Shown here: positions 23,231 through 37,429 of the stretch, one piece after another
How positions within the stretch are numbered: position 1 is the first letter of the stretch
Layout of the letters: every line of letters starts with the position of its first letter
Assembly (NCBI RefSeq): GCF_016432865.1
Contig: NC_067403.1
Location: 248,372,001 to 248,436,000, forward strand
Length of the DNA: 64,000 nucleotides
Source: Antechinus flavipes
Lineage: Eukaryota
Direction: 5' to 3'
Program-made: the position numbers and the translations under genes
Notes under the pieces: model-generated
The model's input: only the letters and a program-made list of their open reading frames with translations
Told to the model about the DNA's origin: nothing
Database searches by the model: none

Positions 23231-23654
23231 AAAGTCTCGAATAGCTCTCTGGAGGATCTAGGTACCAGCCCAAGTCCTTGGTCTTAGAAGAGAGGTGAAG
23301 AGGAGGGACTTATGTGGATGATCAAATATGGAGTCCATTTATTCCAAATTCTCTCAGCCTTATATAGCTAAATACCCTTATATTATGATAGCATAATGCA
23401 CATATGCTAACTATATACTGCACATGCAGGTCCACATAAACAACTTGCTATTGTATGTAGATGTCTCTTTGCCACTTGGTATCACTTTATTTTAATTACA
23501 ACACCGGTTTTCACTGCTCCCTGACTTCTCAGGATGGCTGAGGGCCCTTAGAGGGGATGAGAAGCTGAACCAGATACTGTCAACAGGGTTCCTTTTACTG
23601 AACAAAAGGGTTTTATACCATGCCCAAGTTTCCCCACTTCTTGTGGCATCTACA
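23231..23654 (-). repeat. 5' LTR of the provirus
   Basis: Colinear with 18992-19408, starts TGTAG on minus, followed by the PBS. Confidence 0.92.
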
Positions 23655-25939
23655 ATTCACCTTTTCAATGGGTATAATTATCTCAGATCTAAATAAAATC
23701 AAAAGATTTTCATCAAGATTAATTGTGATGTTGAACATGAAAAGGAGCTAGGATAGTGAAAAGATATTCACAATGTGGGGTAGTGAAAAGATCTCAGAAG
23801 TTGATGTTAGAAGATTTGTTATGGAATTTATAGTCATTGTGAAACTCCAAGCAAGTCATTTATCCCAGATCAACTTGGATTTCCACATTTGTAAAATGAA
23901 AATATATTTAATGTTCTATCTCTCGGGATCATTGTGAGCATAGTTTTTTGTTTTTTGTTTTTAATCCTGAATATAGTTATAATTCTTTTTAAATTACTTA
24001 GAACTCCCAACTTACCTCCCTAACTCCATGTAGTCCTATTTCTTTCTGCTTTGTATCTTTGGTCTTTAATGATACCTGCTCTTAAGGTTTGGTTCAATCA
24101 TAACTAAAAGAAATGAGGTAGTAATTATACATCAAGGTTTAATTAGAACCTTTGACAAACTCCCTCCTTAAGGACTCTAAAGAACAAGACTTAAGAATGA
24201 TTCATTAATGGCTCTATGTCAACATAGAAGATGGTCTATCCCAAGCCCTTGCCTGCTAGAATCTCCCCTATATTGCAAAATCAATTTTGATTTACTGTTT
24301 ATATATTTTATGTTTACTTATATGTGTATATATATTTTTTTACCCAATAAAATTTAGGTTCACAAGGACAAGCTTTATTCTTTTCTTTTTGTCTTAGAAT
24401 GCACAGAACCTATACTGAGCTTTAATTAAGGTAGTTGCCTAATAAATTATTATGAAATTTTATGGAATTTAACTGATTTATCTCTTCCTTGCATAAACCA
24501 ATATTGCTATTATTATTGTATTCCCAGATGGAAAAAAAATCTAGAAGGTTAACTAACACACTGAATGATCTATTCAAGATTCAAACAGATCTCACGAGGC
24601 CAGAATTTATAATTAAATACACAACCAGAAGAAATTTTGAAAGCCAATATGCAAAATTTTATATTTCTCTTACTTATAGTCCAATGTGTACTTATCAGAA
24701 AATGTAGTTCATGTTCTGTACTCAGGTGACAGAATTCATGATATGTATACATGCTTATATGGACATGAATGTGTATGTCTATATTCTTTTATAACTATAA
24801 TGAAAAAAAGTTCTCAAAAATCTCATAAGAAAAATACATATAATTTAATTGTTGTTATGAAACCCAAATTTTTATTCTGCCTATAATTCTAAATAAAGTT
24901 CTAAGTACAAATTTATAAAAGTTCAATTAATTATTGAAAATATTTTAGGTTGAACATTCTAGGACTATTTAAAAATAGCTAGGAAGAATTCATGCTTACA
25001 ATCGTCAAATTTCTTTATAAGTTTCTTTGTTTTCTACAATTTATTGAATAAAAATAACATTTTAATAGATTAAGTGATGGATTGGAATACATTTAACATT
25101 ATATACCATGCATTTAAAATACAATTAATTAACATAATATAATTAAAATTCAGTGCTAGATTTATTACTTTGAAAAAAAAATATTTACCTGAACACCAAA
25201 TACAGTCTTAAAGCTGGCTCCACATTAAATTTATGTCTTCATTTTGATTTATAACAAGAATTAAATAAAAATGTGTGTACATATAAATAGTGCACATAGT
25301 TTTTTTTAGAAAATTCAAATGAGAAAACAGCTCTTTGCCAAACTTAATGTTCTATACAAAAATGTTCTATACAAATATGAACATAGATCAAGGGGATTGT
25401 CCTTTGCTTAGCTATTTTTATGATCAATTCCCTCCCACCACCACCCAACAAATTAATACAATGATCCCATATTTCTTTAATCCATATTTGTGGATATGTT
25501 GTTAAATCTCATTAGGAATGCACAGTCTCCAAACCCTTATATTTCTTCTTCAGTTACTAAAGGAAAATCTGTTGGAATAGCTACAATTACAGAATAACTA
25601 GTGTTTGCAGAACATTTGGATACTTGCAAAAGACTTTATGTATGTTTTCTCATTACATCCTGAGGACAAGCCCATGAGATAAGTCCATAGATTTATTAAG
25701 TACATTTTCTGGAGGAGAAGAGTAGCCTTAGAGAAATGAGGCAATTTACCCATGGGGGAAAAGTAGTAAGCTTCAAAGTAAAGAGTTATTATTCACTTAT
25801 TATATGATAGGCACTTGGGGGCTACAAAAAGGGCAAAAACAAGGTCCTTGCCCTCCAGAAGCACACTTTCTAAATGGGAGATGAATAAATAATCATGTAC
25901 ATACAATCTGTATAGAGTACTCATGGAGGCAATGTTAGA

Positions 25940-26425
25940 GGCAATCCGCTATGTATAATTTGCTATTCCTTTTAAATATACAATGAAGTAATCATGTAAA
26001 TTTCTTTTTTTCTCTTCTATTCCATCCCTGGAGATGACCACCATTAGGCAGAAATAGATGTGTATATGTGTATATCTATGTCTGTATATGTGTGTGTGTG
26101 TGTGTGTGTGTTTATGTGTGTACGTAAAATTGTTTTGTAAAAACTTCTATGTATCACTTCTGTCTCTGAATGCAAATAACATCTTTTTTATAGTCTGTAA
26201 AAGTCCATTTTGGTAGTAAAAAGAGTCAAGGCACTGTATTTGCTCAGCATCATTCTTTAAAAAGTATTTCTGTTATTATATACAATGTTCTCTGTCTTTG
26301 TTGTATTCATTTTACTCTTCTTTATTTTGTATACATTTTCCCACATTTTTTCAGATCATTGAGCTCTTTATTTCTCACTGCACAGTGCCATTCCATCAGA
26401 TTCATATACTACAATATGTTCAGGT
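25940..26425 (-). mobile_element. Old L1 3' fragment with internal (TG)n
   Basis: tttctcactgcacagtgccattccatcagattcatatactacaat and aaaagtatttctgttattatatacaatgttctc resemble the L1 ORF2 end/3'UTR in antisense. Confidence 0.6.
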
Positions 26426-27420
26426 AAGGTTTTCATCTAGATCTTTCTGACTCCAGATTTATTTCCCATGAAGCTCTCTATATGAGCACCTTAGGTTTAT
26501 ATTACATTTCCCAGAACCTGCCTAATATGTGGACATATCTCAGGTTGGGTAACATATCATTAAGCCCTAGTAGTGAAATACTTGGAAGTCAGTAGCTGAA
26601 GTCTTAAATTAAGCAGAATCTTTAAACAAATTTTGAAGAAGAGAAGATCTTAAGAGACTATTTTCCCTTAGAGACAACCGACTGCTCTACATTTACTATG
26701 TACAAAACATGTTATTAAACTCTGCTCTGACCAAAAGGATCAAACGAATTCTCCAGGAGACTATTTCCTTGACTGTATTCTGTTGTTAACCTACCTTATT
26801 GTTAGAAGGGATAGAAAATGCCCTTGACATGATAGTCAAGGTCTAGTATCTATTCATGGCATTTTCTCCTTATCAAGCTTGAGGAAAGACACTGAACTTT
26901 TTCAAAGTTTTAATCTATTCACTTGTAAAGTACACATAAAACCCCCAACTCCATATATCCTGAAGGAATATTATAAATATTAATGTATCATTGGATATGA
27001 AAGATGTGGTGTGGTATGGTATTGGACTTTAGATAGAAGATCCAGGTTTGGAATCCTTGTTCTACTCCTGTTTAGTAGGTACCAAATATACAGTGATCAA
27101 ACTGAATTGAATCAAACCAACAATGACATGGAAAATACAAAGATATCAGGCTTATCAAATTTTCAGATAACTAATGTCTATGGAGATTAGCTAACATTAA
27201 AGTGCTATATTTTTTCATGCTTTGCAATTCCAGCTTATAATGATATGGGAGGATTGAGACACTCAAAGCAGAAGGTACATGTTTGATATGTCCCAATAGG
27301 GCCACAGATATCTGGAAACGTGCTATTATGGATACCATGCCAGGCACCAAGGGTCCAGAGGGAATTATTTTTAGAGATTTTAAGATATTTTAAAGATATT
27401 TAAGAGGGAGACAAGCAGGA

Positions 27421-27533
27421 TTAAGTATATTATCCATGGTCACATAGCCAATAAATGTCTGAGGCAGAATTTTAACTCCTATCCTCCTAAGTCCAGGGAA
27501 GTGCTCTACCCATTATGCCACCTAACTGCCCCC
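27421..27533 (-). mobile_element. tRNA-derived marsupial SINE (MAR1/WSINE-type) 5' part
   Basis: Reverse complement GGGGCAGTTAGGTGGCATAATGGGTAGAGCACTTCCCTGGACTTAGGAGG.. with A/B-box-like layout. Confidence 0.7.
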
Positions 27534-28009
27534 TTAAAGGGGCATTTTCAAGAGAGACAGAGGAAGGGAATCACAGAATCTCAAAGGCAGAGGTCTCTCA
27601 GATGTTATCAATTCTAATCCATGCCTGAAAAAGAATATTCTCTTTATTGAATCTAAACCAATGTATGGATAACCCACTTGGAGACCTTTCAATGTGCTTC
27701 AGATGGGTCTCTAGCTCTTGTAAAATAGTTCAAATTAACATATTCTGGTAAACTTTATTTCAACCTACAAACAATCGTAAGATGTAAAAAATAACCCCCA
27801 CAGAAACAAAACACCTATTTAGACACAGAAACATGAAACACACGTATACATAGATATATATTAACTAGAATGAAATTGAAATTAACATTGGCATGAGAAT
27901 ATTACAGGGATATTACAATGAAATCCATTTTTCTCATGAGATTAAGGTATTTTAAAAACTGTATGAATCATCTTGTGGTTCATATTCCTTCTTAAATATA
28001 GCCATAATA

Positions 28010-28262
28010 TAGTAGTTTTCTGGAGCAAGCTCCAAGTGGCTCACAGAGAGATTAGTAAATTCTGAGCACCTGAATTGTACAATCAATAAATGCTATACAT
28101 CAGGATTTAATTTATTTAATTTTGCTGATATAAATTGATCTGAAATGATCTAGATTTCAGAAAGAGATGGAGAAAATAATAACATAGATTAAATTTCAAA
28201 ATATTGCAAGACTACATTTTTATCTGGAGAACTGGTTCTTTTGCATTTGCCAGCTCATTTCT
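28010..28262 (+). mobile_element. MER63-like hAT MITE (unit 3 copy; other copies ~11330, ~38143, ~39355, ~55538)
   Basis: Degenerate TIRs tagtagttttctggagcaagct ... catttgccagctcattt; shared internal gatggagaaaataataacatagattaaattt. Confidence 0.55.
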
Positions 28263-28451
28263 TATTTGTGAGTTGCTGAATAAGCAATACCATTAGCAGC
28301 AAAGCTATATCTTCCAAAAAACTCAATAACTTTGCTCTTGAAATAAAAAAAAAAACCTGTTCAAAACTTATGTAATTTATCTTCATTTTTCTAGGAAAGT
28401 CATTACAATTACTGTCATGCATTTCAAAGTGTGTGTAGGGATACTATATAA

Positions 28452-28672
28452 GTGGAGCAGTGGGGAGTGTGTGAGGCGTGGGACGGACAAATCATTTTCC
28501 TAAATTCAGAGTCTCAGTCATTTACTGTGTAATCCTGGGCAAATCCCTTATTCCTGTTTGCCTCAGTTCTTCATTTGTGAAGTGAGTGGGAGAAGGAAAT
28601 GGGAAAACATTCCAGCATCTTTGCTAAGAAAACCCAAAAATGGAATCACAAAGAGTTTGACAAAAGTGAACA
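28452..28672 (+). mobile_element. MAR1-type SINE with RTE-related 3' tail
   Basis: tttgcctcagttcttcatttgtgaagtgag..gagaaggaaatgggaaaacattccagcatctttgctaagaaaaccc...cacaaagagtttgaca. Confidence 0.7.
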
Positions 28673-28953
28673 AGACATAGTCTACATTATTCATTCTACA
28701 TTACAATCTTGTAAGACAGAGGTTAGTATTAAGGACCTTTACACATGAGGAAACTGAGGTTGGAACTTGTTTAGAGATATAAATATGAAAGTATGTAAGA
28801 CAATAAATTCAGTTCTCTCCTAACTCCAAATCTAAGACAGCTAAATAAATAAAATTATCTCTGAAAAAGCTTGAATTGTACTTCTCTGTGAATAAGAGAA
28901 ATCATCTCTTTAGAGAGTGGATCCCAACATGGAGAAGATAAAGATGGGATTTT

Positions 28954-29910
28954 CTAAGAAAAATGATTAATTAATTGAAGTTGTTGTCCACTTAAAGCTT
29001 TCCTGAAAGCATTCTTAATGTCTTTGTTCCTAAGACTATAGACTAGAGGGTTCAACATAGGGATGACCATAGTGTAGAACACTGAAACCATTTTGTCTGA
29101 GTCCATTGAATGGTTTGAGCTGGGCTGAAAGTACATGAAGATGATTGTCCCATAAAATATAGACACTGCCGTGAGATGAGAAACACAAGTGGAGAAAGCT
29201 TTCTGACGGCCTTCTGCAGAACGGATCTTCAGGATTGTGATGAAGATTAGCAAGTAAGAAGTAAAGATGACAAGAAATGGGAAAAAAGAAGTTAATGAAC
29301 CTAAGATAAAGATTAATGATTCAATGACGTGAATATCAGAACAAGAGAGAACTAGGAGAGGGGGAATATCACAGAAAAAGTGATGGACTATATTATCCCT
29401 ACAAAAGGAAAGGCTAAATGTGTTTCCCATTACTATGGAGGAAGTCAGAAAGCCACAGAAGTAAGCACCACTGGCCAGATGTGCACATAGACTTGATGTC
29501 ATGGTAGTGGTGTAATGTAAAGGCTTACACACAGCTGCATGGCGATCATAGGCCATGGTGGCTAAAAGGAAACTTTCAGTAGTAGCAAAAGCTCCAAAGA
29601 AGAACAACTGTGTAGCACATCCAGTATAGGAAATGACCTTGTCCCCTGTTAGGAACCCAGACATTACTTTGGGAGTAATAGTTGAGGAATAACCAAAATC
29701 CACCAGAGAGAGATTACTGAGGAAGAAGTACATGGGAGTGTGGAGGCGAGGATCCCAGGAGATCAGAGCTACTATCCCTAGGTTCCCTAACAGGGTGATG
29801 AGATAGATGAGGGTGAACATGATGAAGAGAGGGACCTGAAGCTCTGGAACATCTGTTAATCCTGTAAGGATGAACTCATTCACTTCCGATCTGTTCTCAA
29901 TAGATGTCAT
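28954..29910 (-). CDS. OR5B: Olfactory receptor OR5B-like (OR-3), 318 aa
   Basis: Intact ORF with all canonical OR motifs. Confidence 0.94.
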   Translation of the reverse strand: MTSIENRSEVNEFILTGLTDVPELQVPLFIMFTLIYLITLLGNLGIVALISWDPRLHTPMYFFLSNLSLVDFGYSSTITPKVMSGFLTGDKVISYTGCATQLFFFGAFATTESFLLATMAYDRHAAVCKPLHYTTTMTSSLCAHLASGAYFCGFLTSSIVMGNTFSLSFCRDNIVHHFFCDIPPLLVLSCSDIHVIESLIFILGSLTSFFPFLVIFTSYLLIFITILKIRSAEGRQKAFSTCVSHLTAVSIFYGTIIFMYFQPSSNHSMDSDKMVSVFYTMVIPMLNPLVYSLRNKDIKNAFRKALSGQQLQLINHFS

Positions 29911-32900
29911 TTGGGAGTGTTGTCATTTATCTGCAATAAAAGAGTAATCATTAGAAAAAATCCATTCTGCATGAAGAATGACTTCAAAACAGAAAACACA
30001 GACCTTTCTTATGTGAGTGCTCAAAATAAGCAATTAAGAGATCAAGAATATCTAGTTAATATCTAGTCATCACTGTTGCTCTAGCAAAATTCAATCCAAA
30101 ATTCCCCCATCTGTTTTCTCATAAAGAGAGAGCTCCTTCTGTATTGTTTTCCACTTTGTAAGTCTACTAAAATTTAATAATCTTCAAAGTGACATTTCCT
30201 ACTTTAATTGAGGAAAGTAATTTGTTCTCTTGAAAAAAAAATAATCTGCATAGGAAGGGGGATTACGATTGGTCAGGGTTAGAAAATTAAATCTTTTGTT
30301 TATGAATATACTTCACTCTTAGGAGGCAGAGAGAAAAGAGGAATAAAGGAGAAGAGGGAAGAGCCAAAGAAGAGAAAAGGTAAAAGATTGAAAGAAGGGA
30401 GGAGAAGATAAAAAAAATGCTGGTCAAGAATTAGCTGTAACAAAATATTCTCTCTAATTATGGCTCTCAATGCCTTTCTCTCTGTCTCTCTGTCTCTGTC
30501 TCCGTATGTCTGCATTTCTTCATATTTGTTTCTGTCTCTCTGTCTCTGTCTTTCCCTTTTACTTTTGTCTGATTGCTTATTCCTGTGTGACTTTTTATCC
30601 ATGTATCTATTTATTTACTTTTCTCTATTTTTCTTCTCAAAGAACAGCTGTAGGTTTCTTGATGAAAATTATATTTATATCCACCAGAAGTGCAAAATGA
30701 AGGAAGAATTATGAGAAAATTTTGTCATGCATTTGATTATCATAAAACAAGAGGAATTATTAGGTAGGATCACAATAAATGGCAGTGTTACAAGAGCACA
30801 GGTAGAATAATTAAATCATTCTGATATTTGTGATAAAGAAAGGAAAAATAGCAAGAGTGAGTAAAGCACATTATCCTTGGGCAGAGTCAATTAAAGACAT
30901 TTCAGAGGAAGGATAAAGTAGGATCCTATGGATGAACTCTACAAGGAATTCAAACTTGAAGGGAGAAAATATTCTCAAGAATGAAACTGAAGATATGGGA
31001 AGAAAAAAATCAGTAATCAGGCAGATTGAGAAGTAAAAAAAAATTACAAAAAAGAGGAAAAAACAAAGGAGAGATAACCAAGGATGAATGTTAAAGCAGA
31101 TATTATCTTACAGTTATATCTTACAGAGAAATGTCAGGACTTTGAAATGAGCAAACCCCAGAAAGTTAAATATTATAAAAAGTGAATATTTTTATTGAAT
31201 AATTAGCTATTTTGGGAAACAAAAGGTAACAAAGAATTGAATTGATTCTCAAGGCTGATGAGAAAAGCAAAAAGCAAAAGCAGAGATGCTCAATTTGTAT
31301 TTTGTTTCTATTTTCTCTGACAAAGAGAGTGATCTTTGGTTTGAGAACAGAACAAATAAGAATTGATGGGAAATATCATGAGAACTAGAATCAATGTTAG
31401 TAGAAAGTGTTAAGCACTGTGCTACACTCCAAAAATATTATTTTATTTGATTCTCACAGCAAGCCTGTGGTACTGGTTTTGTTATCCCCATGATAGAGAA
31501 GTTAAACTCTTAACTAATAAATCTTATCTCTAAATTGGTTCTTTGTTTTCTATTTCATATAATTCCTATTATATTAAAGCAAAATCTTTCATTGTCATTT
31601 TGTAAAAACAGATTTTTTTTCCTACTCCTGTAGTGGTCTATAAAATAAAGAACCAAATTAGAGTTGGGATTTATAGAGATGTTTGTCTCATAAATAGTAT
31701 GTGAGCCATTTTTTGTAATTGGTACTATTGAATCAAATATATATATAGTCTATGACAACCCTTTTCACTGAAGTACTCAGTGTCAAGCCTCATGAGTTCC
31801 CACATCTAGAAAGAGCCCTTTTTGGTCACCGGAGTTGACAAAGTGATTTATTTGCTATTCAGAAAGATCCAAGTTTTGGTGAATTGCACTATCTTGGAAA
31901 GATTATTAGTTAGGAGTCTGAAGACTTGGATTCTAATCTTACTTGGATTTGCACTAATTTAATCAATGGTTTCATGGAAGCTAACCAATACTTGTGCATC
32001 TCTGCTCATTTGAAAAAATGGAAAAATATTACTTAGAGTATAAAGGTCAAAGAGTGTTTTTAAAAAAAATGTGTGTCAAGAATCAAATGCCATAGAAGTG
32101 GCACTTACCATGGTTAATACATAATATTGGACTTTTACATGAGAATGGACAAGCAGGTACACTGAGCAAATCACAAAAATATAGAGAAAATACTAGGAGC
32201 AATGTTGTATAGTGTAGAGAGCTTTGATCTTTGAGGCAAGAAGATATAAACTTAAATCCTACCGTAGACCCTTTTTAATTATGTATGTCTGGACAAATCA
32301 CTTTAGTCTATGAGTCTTAGGTTACTTATTCATAAAAGGGGGGAGGACATAGTAATGGCATTTATCTCAAATAGTTTTGGGGAAATTTAAATGAGAATAT
32401 TGAAGCACTTCCCAAATAAATGTGAGCTATTATCTTTCAGGGCAAAACTCTATATCACTTAAATTTTCTTAATAACCCCCCTTCTAAAGTCTTAATATGT
32501 CTTTTACACATTGTTAAATTGAGTATTCATTTGGACTATACAATCACTATCCCTCAAATAACTCCTTCAGGTACTGAGGGATAATGAGCTTGGAAACCTG
32601 CCAGTAGCAGATAATAACAGGTGTTTATAGAGTCCTTGTATGTGTGAACACAATTGCCATATATGCTCTCATTTGAACCCTAAGATAGCCTATGAAAAAG
32701 TACCACAAGGGATATTAAACAATGTTGATGGATAAGGAAATGGAAGTCAAGTTACTTACCCATGGGGAAAGTTACTTTCTGAGTCATTGTCTGAGATACA
32801 GCAGGTTTTTATTCAGACCAATGCTTCCACTATTCTACTGTATTTTGGTAGCTACCTGAGCACCACAGCTTTGGATTGGATTTCCTAGAACTTAGTTGGC

Positions 32901-33110
32901 TTGTTTCTGGGGAACGGTGACCAGTTCTCCAAAAAAGAGAGCTAGCCAAAACTTTGTATTCAAGTATTGAGTCTAGGAAGCTTTGATCCTCTTGGAGAAA
33001 GTTCTCCCTATAGTCACTGGAGCAAAGAATTCAAATGTTTCTAGTGGCAGAGTGGTCACTGTTGCTATTGTTTTGGCATGATGGCAGTAGAGTTAGCAAT
33101 GTCCACTCTT

Positions 33111-33360
33111 ACCCTCCATTCAGCACAGCCAGAGCAAACCAAAATGAGAATTAGATGAATAAATGAATGGCTCAGGGAATTTGACTCATAAACTGATACC
33201 ATAGACCTATAATTTCAATGTCAGTAGCAGAAGTCAGGATGAGGGATATATGCAGCCCTGTAGCTCTTGGGAGGTGATGGTCCCTTGGAGATACCTGGCA
33301 GCTCTGTTGCCAACCCATAAACAAAACAAGTCATTAAAGTCTTCTCTGACCATGGGGAAA
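33111..33360 (-). promoter_or_regulatory. Candidate OR-3 promoter/exon 1
   Basis: O/E-like 33264-33273 and 33281-33290, TTTAATGA (tcattaaa 33331-33338), donor GAGG|GTAAGA at 33112. Confidence 0.58.
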
Positions 33361-35289
33361 AACAATTTTCTTGTGGATACTTCGTCATCCATAACTTTTT
33401 GATAGCAAAACAAGGTAGAAAGGGAACAGGGCAAGACACTGAGAAAAGCTGGATGTAAATTTTATTTCTGTCATCTCATAGCTAGGTGACATTGGTCAAG
33501 TCACTGAACATTTCTAAATCTCAATTTATTGTCTTTTGAGATGGGTGTAATATTCTCAAACCTTAAAATTATCAAAAGATTTTGTTAAAGATTAAATGTG
33601 ATACTGAACATAAAAGAGATGTGGTTTTAAAAAGAGCTCCAGAAAATAAGGTAGTGAAAAAGTCACTGAACTTTGTATTAGAACATCTGGGATGAAACTG
33701 GAGATCACAGTGAAATTTCAAGCAAGTCATTTATCCTGGAAGAATCTTTATTTCCTCATTTATAGCCTGCAAATGAGCATATTTGCACACTCTAATTTTT
33801 AGAAACATTGTCAAGATAAGATTTTCTAAATTTTAAATGATCTTATTATCCTGAATATCATTTTAATTCTTTTAAAAAATCTACTTAAAGCTCCTAATTT
33901 GCCTATTTTTCAAACTTCATCTTGTTCCTCTCTGCTTCTTAGTACTGAGGACATAAGCTCTTAAGGTTGGGGTTCAGTAGTAACTAAAGAGAAGGCTGTA
34001 ATAATCCTATGTTAAGGCTTAAGTAGAGCTTTAGACAAATCCAAGATTCCTTCCTGTTATTCTTGGGGACAAGATGTTAAAAAAAAGTAAAGATTAGATT
34101 CAAGAATGATTCAATAACTGCTCATCATTAACTTGAAAAATAATGTATCCTAAACTATTGCCTGCTATGATCTCCCTGTTACTACAAAATCAACATTAAT
34201 TTTCTGTCTGTCTTATGTTCACATATATGTATATATTTATTTCCACTCAATAAAATTTGGTTTCCCATGAACAGACACTATATTTTTCATCTCAATACAC
34301 CCAAGAACATACACTGTGCCATAATTAAAGTAGGGGTCTAATAAATTTTTTTGGAATTCAATTGATTTATGACTTACTTGTTTGAATCAATATTGTCACC
34401 CTTATCAAATTTCCACATAAAAAAAATCAGGAGGGATAACTCTCACATTCAGTGGTCTAAGATTCAATCCAAGATTTCAGCAGACCAGAATTTTCAATTA
34501 AATCTAACACGATGAAATTTTGGAAGGAAAAAAAGAAAAATTTGCCATTTTGTGACCCGTGGTCCTTCCTAGATGTTATACTTCAAATGCTATTTCAAAG
34601 GACCAGGTTCAATGCATGAATGTAAATGTGTGTATTTTGCATACATGTGCATCTATGCATTCTTTTAATAATTATAATGGTAACTTTTGCCCCCAACTCA
34701 TAAAACATGCATGTTACCCAATTATAGTTATGTAATTTGTAACTTTATTCTATTTGTAATTCTAAGAAAACCTAAATATAAATTTATATAACTTCAACTA
34801 ATTATTTCAAATATTTCATGTGACATTTTGGAAACATTAAAATAAGTAATCCAGGGAGAACTAAAATGGTCATTTTTATGTGTTTGATTTTCTGATAATA
34901 TTTGTTCTATTAATTCTGATGAACTGAAATGATATTTTAATAAGTTATTAAGTTTTCTTTTCTTGATCTGTTCTTATTCAGTTATTTTTCTTATGTCTCA
35001 CATTCACTTTTATTTTTTGATCCTTTGTAATTTGTTTTATTTATTTATTTTTTGGTTTCTTATAACTTTGCTGGCTTCCCTTTGCCCAGTTCTAGTCATT
35101 TAATCTCTGATTTAACTTACTCCATTATAAAGTACAAATAATAGCACCATTCTTTTAGCATTATTTGTAAAGCACACTTTGGCCAATGTCTGGCATATGA
35201 TCATCATGATTATCATCACTATACTAGCACTTGTATCCTGGCTAAACTCTTACAGAAATACAATTGTATGGTTGATCACTGTTGCAAAG

Positions 35290-35960
35290 TTTATGATTTG
35301 GAAGTGAAATAACAAAAACATGCAGAGGATGAATTTAGATGGGAAGACTTGAGCATTAATACTTCAGGGGGAGCCAATATGATGTTAATTTCTGCAGAAC
35401 ATCTGTCAAAGTCCATGATATTTTCAAGAAGTCTTGTAGTGAGACTATCCAGATGAATCTGCTTTCCAAACAGTCTGATGATTGGCTTCAAGGACACAAA
35501 AGTTCATATTTTCATGACTTCACAAGATTTCACAGCTAATGAGGTGCAATTATGTGGGAAGTGAAAGAAGCAATGAAGCTATTTTGGAGGAATGGACAGA
35601 ATAAAAAGGAAGAAGGGCACTTATGTAAGTGGCCATGTTTTGAGAATCGATTTGCATTAAAATGAACCCTTTTGATACTTGGGAAACATTTTGAGAAGTT
35701 GAAAAATTGAAAGAATCTTCACACTTAATTGAAGCTTTTCAAGAGTTTGCACAAACCTTCAAATTATTGTGCACTTGATCCTAGCAGCTTCAAATTGTTA
35801 CAGAAACAAGCCTAAATTGTTTTGAACATGTTCATAACAGGAAAAGGAAGCTAACAGAGTAATGATTTACTCCTTATAGTAGCAATAAATTTTGATGATC
35901 TCCAACTCCTTGGTTAATCATTGCAAACCCTGAAAGTGTTAGTGAACAATTCAAAGGAAA
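35290..35960 (+). mobile_element. Possible decayed hAT transposase relic
   Basis: Broken frames give SINTSGGANM, CFPNSLMIGFKD, KLFWRN, NPFDTW and CFEHVHNRKRKL, loosely like hAT TDNAANM / C..H.LNL..KD / KYFRN / WW / FEHIHSKKRNRL; spacing is much too short and no TIRs found. Confidence 0.25.
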
Positions 35961-36345
35961 ACTTTGCATTAAGTCATTCAGCCTCTAATCTGTGGAACTA
36001 TTCTGGGTATTAGTCCAACCTTTCACAATGTAGACGCTTAGTGGATATTTGTTAAATTTTAATGAGAAAAGTGAATGGAAGGTCAGCTCTGACCCCAATA
36101 TATGTAGGGTAGTAATGACATCTACAGATTGTATATTCTTCAAAACCCTTAGATTCTTCCCTATCAATAACTGGTTTTCCTGGTCACTACAGCTTACATT
36201 ATTTACTAAAGTGACTCATGTGCCTACCTTGTATGCTGTACTGGAAACTAGAAAATGTAGTAATGTAAAAATGAATAATGTAAAAGCATTTATTAAGTGA
36301 CACATTGAAAAGTAAAATAGCTTCTGTTTTCATGAGCTCACAGTC

Positions 36346-36810
36346 TTTTTTTTTAATTTTAATTTAATTTTATTTAATAATAACTTTGTATTGACAGAAT
36401 CCATGCCAGGGTAATTTTTTACAACATTATCCCTTGCACTCGCTTATGTTTCGATTTTTTCCCTCCCTCCCTCCACCCCCCCTAAGATGGCAAGCAATCC
36501 TATATATGTTAAATATGTTGCAGTATATCCTAGATACAATACATATTTGCAGAACCGAACAGTTCTCCTGTTGCACAGGGAGAATTAGATTCAGAAGGTA
36601 AAAATAACTCGGGAAGAAAATCAAAAATGAAAATAGTTCACATTCGTTTCCCAGTGTTCCTTCTTTGGGTGTAGCTGTTTCTGTCCATCATTTATCCATT
36701 GAAACTCAGTTAGGTCTCTTTGTCATAGAAATCAACTTCCATCAGAATACATCCTCATACAATATCGTTGTCGAAGTGTATAATGATCTCCTGGTTCTGC
36801 TCATCTCACT
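36346..36810 (-). mobile_element. 5'-truncated L1 (~465 bp) with 15 bp TSD, inside an L2-like fragment
   Basis: Poly(T) tail at left, 3'UTR homologous to 62330-62720, TSD TGAGCTCACAGTCTT (36333-36347 / 36811-36825), TTTTT/AAGA endonuclease site. Confidence 0.95.
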
Positions 36811-37429
36811 TGAGCTCACAGTCTTAAAAAAGAGAGATGATATATTCAGGGGTAACATATTTAGAGCATTTCAAATATAAATATTATGTAAATGACCAAA
36901 CTGTATTAACAGTTTGTTTACCCATCTCACTTAATGTCATTAACATTTATATTATTATCAATTCACTATTTTCTTGATAAAAATTCTATCAGTATCTAAT
37001 GACTAACCATTTGATTGAGCCAATATTTTGGGTGGTAGGAATACTTCAATGTCACTGCGTATAGAGCGGGGAAGGAATGCAACTACTCTCCTGGATGATG
37101 ACTACAAGGAATATTCTAGAAGCAGAGTGGATAGTCTCACAGTTTCTATTATTCCCAGGATTTTTAGGTTCCCCTGTCTTTTAACTGGAATTATTTGTGG
37201 ATATTTGCTAAGGGTGAAGCAGATAGTAGTCTCAACACCTCTCAGGTAGCAAATACTTTCTAGGATCCTTGTAAGAATTAAATGAAACTTTATATCTATC
37301 TATATAGTTATATCATCTATGTATCATAGATTTAGATAGATGTATATGTATATATACACATACACACATACATTTATTTGGTAGTAGTAGTAGTTGGTGT
37401 ATTTATCCTATTCTCCACAAGTATAGTGG

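Larger units (their letters stand above)
18992..23654 (-). mobile_element. Internally deleted endogenous betaretrovirus-like provirus (LTR-PBS-gag'-pol-env'-PPT-LTR)
   Basis: Two homologous LTRs, TSD ATTCAT/ATTCAC (18986-18991 / 23655-23660), tRNA-Lys1,2 PBS, PPT, recognisable MA, RT, RNase H, IN and TM remnants with many stops/frameshifts; empty site tttattcatctatt at ~10860 in the paralogous unit. Confidence 0.95.

Noticed and set aside
26430-26900. Unique-looking segment possibly an old LTR
   Set aside because: No TG..CA termini, TSD or second copy found; left unassigned.
27421-27533. A/B-box-like sequence as a tRNA gene
   Set aside because: It is the tRNA-derived head of a SINE; no cloverleaf or anticodon arm can be built.
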